Source: the human T2T-CHM13v2.0 reference genome, Homo sapiens
Assembly: GCF_009914755.1 (NCBI RefSeq)
Contig: NC_060938.1
Length of the DNA: 64,000 bases
Direction: 5' to 3' (one strand)
In this document: positions 55,720-64,000 of the stretch, in pieces
Numbering within the stretch: the first letter of the stretch is position 1
How the letters are laid out: the number at the start of each line of letters is the position of its first letter
Made by a program: the position numbers and the translations under genes
The notes under the pieces: model-generated
What the model saw: the letters and a program-made list of their open reading frames with translations, nothing else
Databases searched by the model: none
Told to the model about the DNA's origin: nothing

Positions 55720-58700
55720 TCCATTTCGTTTCTATGGAAAACATGTGTCATAGTCATTCTGGCTACTTCTTTAGAAAGGGCATAGGTTGTATGTATTGGA
55801 AGGGAATCCATTAAACTGGAGTTGGAAATATTCTGGAGTCTCCGGAATTACAGTAGGTGTTTGTTGGAGCATTATGGTGCAAGGACCTAGGAGTTTTTGA
55901 GAAGGTCAGTATTACATTCTCACTTAAAGTGCAAGATAGCAATAAAATCCATAGCAATTGAAGATAGCAATGAACAGAATACCAGCTCTACTATATATGA
56001 AACTCTTCCATGTGTTAGGAAGTCAACTAAACCATGCTGTCATGGGGTTCTGAGAGAGGGCATCCATCTCTAGCAGAAATATGGGTATCTAATGCTTGCA
56101 TAGCTTGAGTTATATTGTGGGACTAATCTTGTATATATATGCAACATTCAGTGTTCATTAATACACAAGTGTTACCTTTGGCTGTAGTTGCAATACCTAG
56201 GGTCATATAGCTTCATAGTGTCACTTGTCAAATCTGTGAGGTTTCTTCAGTAAGAATGATGATGGCATGGTAGGTGTTGTTAAAGGGACTGGTGGTTTGC
56301 TTAGCCAGGGCCTCTACTTGCAATTCTAAATCTATGACTGCCACCTGGGGGGAAGAGCTGGCTAGTGGGCAGAACAACTAGGATGTCTGTTTATGTCAGT
56401 AGTGTCTGTCTTTCACACTTTTCCAGTTGACATAAAGAGAATGCACTTTGGACAGTTACATCCTGGGATATAAGGTCATATCCAGTTGCTTCTTTTAGTC
56501 CAGTTGTAAGGAAAGTAGGGCCAGCCATGAGTGCCACAGGCTGTAGCTAACCCCAGAGGGAAGAACAGATTCCACTCTGCAGGCTGGCATTGCCTTGTCA
56601 TCCCAGCCACATATTAAGGGCTCAGTTACATTGCTAAGGAGGCAACAATTCCATATCATGAGTGACAGTGTAGAGTATGCTGTGGTGTTTCTTCACACAT
56701 AGCAGTGCTTGACCAATTACTTGGATTCGCACCACTGTCAGCCATCCTACCTCACTGGATATGGCATAGCCTATAGTGGGAGTGATATTAATGAAGTGTC
56801 TTCTGTTTTTATAATAGATGGAAAAGATGGCTTCTCCAATGGATGGAAAATCATAAATTCTTACGTTGGGAGCTTGTATTATGCCAGGGCAGGCCTATAG
56901 TGGAAGAAATGGGCAAACTCTTTACAGAACCAACTATGTTTTCTTTTGCAGGGAAGCCACCATCTTCCACCCATTCAGCAAAAAAGATTAGTTTTAATAA
57001 GGAGAAATAATGTACTTATAACTATAGAACTCATTAAGAATTTTATATTAACAGAAGGGTATTACCTATCTGTCTTCTTGTCTCCTCTTTATCAGCAACT
57101 TCAGGTTTTCCTTAGGCTTATGTGACCAGGTAGTCTGTTATCTGGGGTCAAATTGAGGTGGGACAGGTTTTCTCCAACAGCGATGCACCCATGGCTTTAC
57201 ATTGGATAACTTAACTGAACAAAGGTTAATCAGTAGCACATCATGGGGTCTGTTCCACCTTTCAGTCAGCTGCTGATCTTGTTTTTGACTTTTACAAGAC
57301 TGTAGTGGCATCTTGTCTCTTGGATGGAAGGGGTGAAGAGGCTCACTGTGGAATAAACAGGCCTGGAAATAGCAAGCTGATGTGCAGTTAGCAAGGTCTG
57401 CACCAATCTGCACATATGGTTTAACTCTGGGCTCTTTTACCAGCTCTAAAGGTGCTGTTACTGGCAAGAGGTCTGGAAGGGCCTCCTATATATAATTTCA
57501 AAGAGACTTTTCCCAAGCCCACTTCAGGGCACCGTTCTGCCCCAGAACAAGGCAATAAGAAAAAATCTATCCCAACGCAGGTCAATTTCCTGCCTGAGTT
57601 TGGCTATTGTCTTCTTCAAGGTGTTATCTTTTATTTCTTTACTGCTGACTGTGGTCTCCATGATGACTGTGGTTTCCATTCGATTTGCAGTGCTTGACTT
57701 ACCTTTTGAGTAAACTCTGAAATAAAAGAAAGATCATTGTCACTGTGTATAGTGCATGGGAGTCCAAACCTGGCAACGATTTCCTTGAATTATGCCTTAG
57801 CCAGTCATGTGGCTCTTTGGGACTTGGTGAGATATGCTTCTACCCATCTTGAAACAATATCTAGAACAATCAGGAGGAATTTATAGTTGCCACTGGCCAC
57901 AGGCATGTGAGTGAATCCACTTGCCAATCTTCCAAGAGTCACAGTTCTCTGTGTTGTACCTCTTCGTTGCAAAGATTTTGTTCAGTCTCAAAGATATTTT
58001 TGGCACACAAAACACACTCGTATGTGACTTTCTGAACAGTTTTCTGACCATTCTGACACATGGTCATACAAAGTCTGCAAGGGAATATCATTTGGAGTGT
58101 GTGCCCTCATGTAAATGTTTTAAAATTGTAGACCAGGGCCTCGGAGAGTAAGAATAATCCATAAGCATTAGTTTTTCAGAATAAATCTGGATCTGTTTTA
58201 CCAAATCCCCAGTCGCAGGCATGCTTCTTGTCTATTTAGTATAATGGAGTTTGAACTATGGAAACTCCAGATGTGGAATCAAAGCTCATAGCAGGTGTGC
58301 ATCCTGCACTGCTCACTTCTCAGCCTTTTCTGCAGTCTGATTTCCTTTAGGTGCCAATGAGTCATCTTTTGGGTGCTCAGGGCAATGCATAATGGAGGAT
58401 GAGAAGGATGAGAACACACCTCTAGTAGTTTAACACCATTTCTATTGGGTGTTTAATGTCCTTATTTCCTGATGAGACAAGGCCTCTTTCTTTCCAGATG
58501 GCCCCATGAGCATGCACCACCATGAAGGTGTACTTAGTATAGGTGTCAATGTTTACTCAACTTGGTGAGGGTGATTAGCTCAGGTTTCGGACCAGAGGTA
58601 CTGGCAGAAAGGGCACAGGCTTCTATTATCCAGTCAATAGTTATGATCGCACAACTGGCTCAGCATTTTTCCTCCTCCATGAAACAGCTCCCATCAGTTT

Positions 58701-58760
58701 AAATTTCCCAATCTGGAGCATTTATTGGCTGGGCTTCCAGGTCTGGGCTGCTGAAGTTGA
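55720..58760 (-). mobile_element. Decayed class I (gamma-like) ERV internal region: RNase H, integrase, env
   Basis: Minus strand TDGSCF...MVVHAHGAIWKERGL (RNase H, about 58480-58710), WQVD.THMP...LIVLDIVSRWVEAY (integrase, about 57830-57930), EETSQI.QVT and CVLMNTECC (env TM CX6CC, 56167-56141); many stops and frameshifts. Confidence 0.85.
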
Positions 58761-59831
58761 CTGCATCAAAAAATTTCAAACAGTCATGCACTAAATCAAA
58801 ATCAAGTGCTGTAGCTGGGAGCAGAAATTTAAAATTACCTTTATTTTTCCTCTATTGCCTCCCCAACATGAATCCATCAGAAGATACATCATTCATTATT
58901 TCAAAATATATTCTACATTTATATATCCAAAGAAATGTTACTGTGGAAATATTTCATCAGATCTTCATCATGAGACTCTGTGAGGGCAGAGACTTGGCCT
59001 CACCTCCCATTAGCTCCACTCCCACACTGGAGAGCTTGCAGTCCTGAGCCTGCAGAAGCTGAGCTGCATGGCCAGCTTGGCTTGAGTGAAGGAGTGGATG
59101 TGTGTTCCCCTCCACATGGGGTATGTGAGCCTGAGGGTCTGGGAATTAATATATTCCTAAAAAAATACATCCTATCTTGTATATGGTGGGTTCAGGCTTT
59201 CTGTTTGTTGATCTCGATTCCCCTGAGTGATCCCCATCTTTCCAACTTTGTGGAAGACAAAAGTGAAATAACTATTGGGACAATTCTTCTCTACAGACAA
59301 TGGAGACTCTGAGAACATCCAGAAATATCCACAGGACTGGCGAGGCTGTGGGCTTTCAACCACCACGAGAGGCTGTTTGCATATGATTCTTCTAAAATTG
59401 ACATCAGTGAAATGCCTTGAAGATAATAAAGTGTTGAAGAAATAAACAAAATCAGAATATATGGGATCAGTTAGAAAGCTCTTATTTAAGGTGAGTTTAT
59501 GAAATGAGGATGATTGCACTTGTAAATTCTTAGAATTCTTAGAGTGATTATGTAGATTACAGTTATTCCAGTACCTGGCCCTTGGTAAGTTTTGCTTTCA
59601 CACTTATGATCTTTTTCCTCCAAAATGAAAGGTACATCTTTTTCCATAGCTTAAAAATATGTCTGTGTCTGCCTGGCTTGTCAGAGGTTTACAAGGCATG
59701 GAGATTAAAAGCCCTTCCCTGGGGAGGAGCCCTGACCCCCACCTCCTGTGCCTGACCCAGTTCAGTGGTTCCTAAGTACACCCTGGTGACCTGATCCTTC
59801 CCCTTGTGGTCCCAAGAACCCCTGCAGGGCA

Positions 59832-59870
59832 GGTTTGTGTCTGAGTTCACTCTGGATTCGAGTCACAGTG
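59832..59870 (-). promoter_or_regulatory. 23-RSS with variant heptamer
   Basis: CACTGTG (59870-59864), 23-nt spacer, ACACAAACC (59840-59832). Confidence 0.85.
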
Positions 59871-60299
59871 CCTTGAGCACAGTAATACACGCCTGCATCC
59901 CCAGCCATCACACTTCTCAGCTGTAAGTTTTCTTGTTTTTTACTATGTGTTTCTGGAGATGCTAGCTCTGCCCTGAAGGTTGGGGCTTAGTGTTTCCCTT
60001 AACCCATATCACACCAACACACTGAAGACCTTTTGATGGGAGATGGTGGATCCAGGAAACAGAATGTTCAGAAATTGAATGTGCATAGGCGGCATAGGTG
60101 AGGCTGAGCATGACCAAGGGGACCACTACTTCTTCCTCCCATTGCACAAGGTGGTCCTCACTGTGAACCCCTGAGAATAGAGAACATCTGTGAGTCACAG
60201 ACACATTTGCCTCATCCCGTGTCTCCCCACGTATGAAATCATGAGTAACTCACCACAGAGGGCAGCCAGCAGGCAGAGAAGGAGTAGCGGAGGGGCCAT
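59871..60299 (-). pseudogene. IGHVIV-44-1: Highly divergent IGHV pseudogene (clan IV); leader 60254-60299, V exon 59871-60170
   Basis: MAPPLLLLCLLAALC|GVHS-EDHLVQWEEEVVVPLVMLSLTY...VSWIHHLPSKGLQCVG...QLRSVMAGDAGVYYCAQ; frameshifts and stops in CDR2/FR3; 46-nt leader exon with GT-AG intron. Confidence 0.87.
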
Positions 60300-60402
60300 G
60301 TATCTATGGATGTGGAGAGTGCTACTAGAGACCCCAGCTCAGAGCCAGCACACAGCATAACACTCACAGCCCTGCCTCTATTCGTTCTTGAACCCGGGAC
60401 TT

Positions 60403-60410
60403 ATTTGCAT
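60403..60410 (-). promoter_or_regulatory. Octamer of the clan IV pseudogene promoter
   Basis: ATGCAAAT about 105 nt upstream of the ATG. Confidence 0.8.
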
Positions 60411-61897
60411 GGACAGAGCCCCAAGGGCATAGGGTGAAGGGGTAATGTGAGGGGGAGCTCACTGCCCCTGAGCTCTCCTCAGACAGGGTCATAGAATGGG
60501 GTCTTGTCTTGTAGAACAGTGGGGAATCTCTGGGTTCCAGGAAAATGAAAACTTAAATGTATCTCAGGACTCTGGAGCTCCCTTTAGGAGTCTCTGTTTC
60601 TGTCTTCTTGCTAAATATTCTCAGCAAGATCAGCTGAAATTCGTCATTAGAAGAGGGAGTTCTTAGTATTCTTTGGCTGGAAAGAAGGCTCTTCTCCCAT
60701 GACCAACTAAATAAGCAACCAATATAATCTAATATACATTATCAATGTCACATGAGTCAACATAGACTGCTTTCTTTATTTTTTTTCTTTTAAGCATATT
60801 GTTCAACATTTGTTCTATTTTAAAATCTTCAAGAGACGTTCATATGAAAATATAGCTTAAATATGGCCTCATTGGTGCAGATGATAAAGCATGGAAACTT
60901 TGCTTTTTCAGAAACATGGAGGATATGAGAGCAAGCAATGAAGTAATGTTACAAAATGACATATTTGAGTAGTTCATACTGGTGGAATTTTCCTGGCACT
61001 CTCATGAGTTGAAACATAATCATTAAAGACTCTGGCACTTGAAACCGTGATGACAGCTGCATTTCTTGCAGTCAAGGGAACTCGGAGTGTTTTAGCTTAT
61101 GGGTTCTGTGGAAGCCAGGCCACTTGTCTTCCTCGCTTCAGCCCCCTTCGCACAGGAGGTGACGAATCTCTTCCCTCACTGGAGTTCCTGGAGCCAGAGT
61201 ATACAAAGAAGCCACACACAAAGCTCCTAAAGAGAGCTCCACAGGCCTGAGACATATTAAATTGTCATCTTCCTGGGACCAAGAGATTCCCTCCATTATG
61301 AAAATGTTGTACAGCCTTATTATGCAACACACTCTGTTTTGCTCTGTGTGAGTTCCACTCCCACTGTCACAGCTCTGTCAGCAGACCCTGAGGCCTGGGC
61401 ATCAATTTCAAATCTTCATGGAGAGCCAATGCTGTGGGAAGGGTGTCCTTTAGTCTGTGATATTCACGAGTGAGGGACAGAGCTGGACATTTTAGTGAAT
61501 CTCAGAGCTGCAGGGAAAGTACTGTCTTCAGCTACTCTTCTCTGCCTAGACTTGGGACTATTCTATAATTTCCTCACTGGATTAATAATCGGTACCTGTT
61601 GAATCCTGTGTCCACTGTTCAATATAACCCGGTAGGGTGGAACAATCGGAAAATCATCTGCTTTATGCCTGCATCCTCTCCTGGCTAAGATTTCAATAGG
61701 TCCAGTTGTGCACATTAGGTAGAATTGTCATGTCTGAAGAAGGTAGTATCATTCTTGTTTTGTAGTTTATTCTGTAAGGGTTTCTAATTACAGCACTGCA
61801 TAACCAATGACCATAATCAAGAAGGAGACATTCAGCATGAGACTCCACAGAAGGTGCTAGTCTCATAGAGAAGTAGACCTCCATTGAGAAGCTCAGA

Positions 61898-62900
61898 TGT
61901 AGGGACGAGCCCCACAGGGTCGGTGGGTTTTTCTCCCTGTGTGTGGAGATGAGAGATTGTAGAAATAAAGACACAAGACAAAGAGATAAAAGACAGCTGG
62001 GCCCAGGGGACCACTACCACCAAGACATGGAGACCGGTAGTGGCCCCGAATGTCTGGCTGCACTGATATTTATTGGACACAAAGCAAAAGGGGCAGGGTA
62101 AAGAGTGTGAGTCATCTCCAATGAGATAGGTAAGGTCAAGTGGGTCACGTGTCCACTGGACAGGGGTCCTTTCCTGCCTGACAGCTGAGGCAGAGAGAGA
62201 GAGAGAGGGAGAGAGACAGACAGCTTACGCCATTATTTCTGCATATCAGAGACTTTTAGTACTGTCACTAATTTTGCTACTGTTATCTAAAAGGCAGAGC
62301 CAGGTATACAGGATGGAACATGATAGCAGACTAGGAGAGTGACCACTGAAGCACAGCATCAGAGGGAGATGATTAGGCCTCCAGATAACTCGGGTGGGCC
62401 TGACTGATGCCCTACACAAGAGGTGGAGGAGGAGAGTCTTCTCTAAACTCCCCTGGGGAAAGGGAGACTCCCTGTCCTGGTCTGCTAAGTAGCGGGTGTT
62501 TTTCCTTGACACTGACGCTACCGCTAGACCACGGTCTGCTTGGCAACGGGCATCTTCCCAGAAGCTGGTGTTACCGCTAGACCAAGGAGCCCTCTGGTGG
62601 CCATGTCCGGGCATAACAGAAGGCTCGCAGTCTTGTCTTCTGGTCACTTCTCACCATGTCCCTTCCACTCCTATCTCTGTATGGCTTGGTTTTTCCTAGG
62701 TTATGATTATAGAGCGAGGATTATTAATAACATTGGGATAAAGAGTAATTGCTATAAACTAATGATTAATGATATTCATATATAATCATATCTATGATCT
62801 ATATCTAGTATAACTATTCTTATTTTATATATTTTATTATACTGGAACAGCTTGTGCCCTCGGTCTCTTACCTTGGCACCTAGGTGGCTTGCCACCCACA
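61898..62900 (-). mobile_element. Solo LTR13 (HERV-K group)
   Basis: Minus strand tgtgggtggcaagccacctaggtgcc...ccctaca; perfect 6-bp TSD CTCAGA (61892-61897, 62901-62906). Confidence 0.9.
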
Positions 62901-64000
62901 CTCAGAGACCTTTCTCCCTGGGTAAAGTGTGCAGTCCACCAGGGTGCAGACATGCTCTAAATCCATAGACACCTGATGTGTCCTAGAAGTAAGGAGCATA
63001 GGTATGAGCAACCCTACCCCATCCTCTGTAGCTGACATCATTCCCAGTGATCACTTGACAAGTGTGTGGTGCTGCCCAGTTCATTGATGCTTCTCATGTA
63101 GGAGACTAGCAGGCCAGGGAAGAGCACCATCTTGGCAAAAACAGCTGAACCTGTCATTAGGTAAGGGATGTTTTTCCGTAATAGAAGACATAAATTTAAC
63201 TATCATTAAGTCCTCTAGGTTGTCATTTGAAACTGCCCAATATTGATAGCATATGGACAAATGAAAACCTCAATAAGTAATTAGCTGAGTGATGTTTAAT
63301 GTATTGTAGTGTGACCTACTGATGCTGAGCTACACGGTAGTTGTGCTGAAATGAGTGTGGGTAGAGGTCCTCCTCCACATGGTGTAGGTGAGCCTGAGGG
63401 TCTGGCGACCAACATGTACCTGGAGAAGATGCCCATGGGCAGCAGAACTTGTTATAGTGGGTTTGCTGAAAGTGTCTATTTTGGTCCCCTCTATTATGTC
63501 CCCACAAAGCATGTTCTGGACTTCTGACCGTCAAGAGGGCAAAAAGCAGTGAAGGGCTGAGAGAATTCTTTCTGTCTCTTGAACCTGAACATACTGAGAA
63601 GCCTAGAGAGAGCTCGGAGCTCCTGGAGACGCTTATGGGATTTTACCACCCAGGAAGACTCTTTGCACATTATCTGTCTAGATAAACACTCATGCAACAC
63701 TTTAGTAAAGATAAAATGATAGAAGAAATTGTCAAATAACTTCAATTCAGAATATTAAAGTTTATTTAGAAAGTCAGCAGCATGCAGTTTTATTATTGTA
63801 GTTTCATAGCATATTTGCAGTTCAGGTACTAGGAAACCTCCCCCCGCTTTGATGTTTGTATTCAAGGTTACTTTGGACATCTGGGGTCTTTTGTGATTCA
63901 ATTTTATCATTTAAAAAGTAGTTTGTTGAAAATGTCATTTGTATAGAAATTGCTTTGGATCTGTAGATTGCTTTGGGTAGTATAGACATGTTAACAGTAT

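Larger units (their letters stand above)
52950..64000 (+). ncRNA. LINC00221: Possible 5' part of a lncRNA antisense to the V genes, starting at the CpG island
   Basis: Only the CpG island is visible in sequence; identity, strand and extent come from recalled position about 12 kb from IGHV3-43, and exons cannot be determined here. Confidence 0.35.

Overview
Primate DNA, most likely human, from the immunoglobulin heavy-chain variable (IGHV) cluster, with every V segment on the minus strand. It holds one intact gene, IGHV3-43, and six V pseudogenes or fragments: (II)-40-1, 3-41, 3-42, (II)-43-1, (III)-44 and (IV)-44-1. The pseudogene names rest on recalled gene order plus sequence type. Also present are two HOMER2 processed pseudogenes, an old intra-window duplication (about 0.7-6.4 kb vs 23.7-32.1 kb), an unidentified CpG-rich insert at about 50-53.3 kb, a decayed class I ERV (pol/env), solo HERV-K-group LTRs (MER9, LTR5, LTR13), many L1/Alu/MaLR pieces and three 35-36 bp minisatellites. 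I see no CRISPR, tRNA or rRNA, and no new protein-coding system. The best leads are structural. (1) The two HOMER2 copies share derived lesions yet sit at different sites of paralogous blocks, suggesting a pseudogene-of-a-pseudogene. (2) A young inversion-duplication lies at the same hotspot. (3) CTCF-like motifs next to the RSS are kept at pseudogenes but degenerate at functional IGHV3-43. Repeat family names and boundaries were judged by eye and are approximate.
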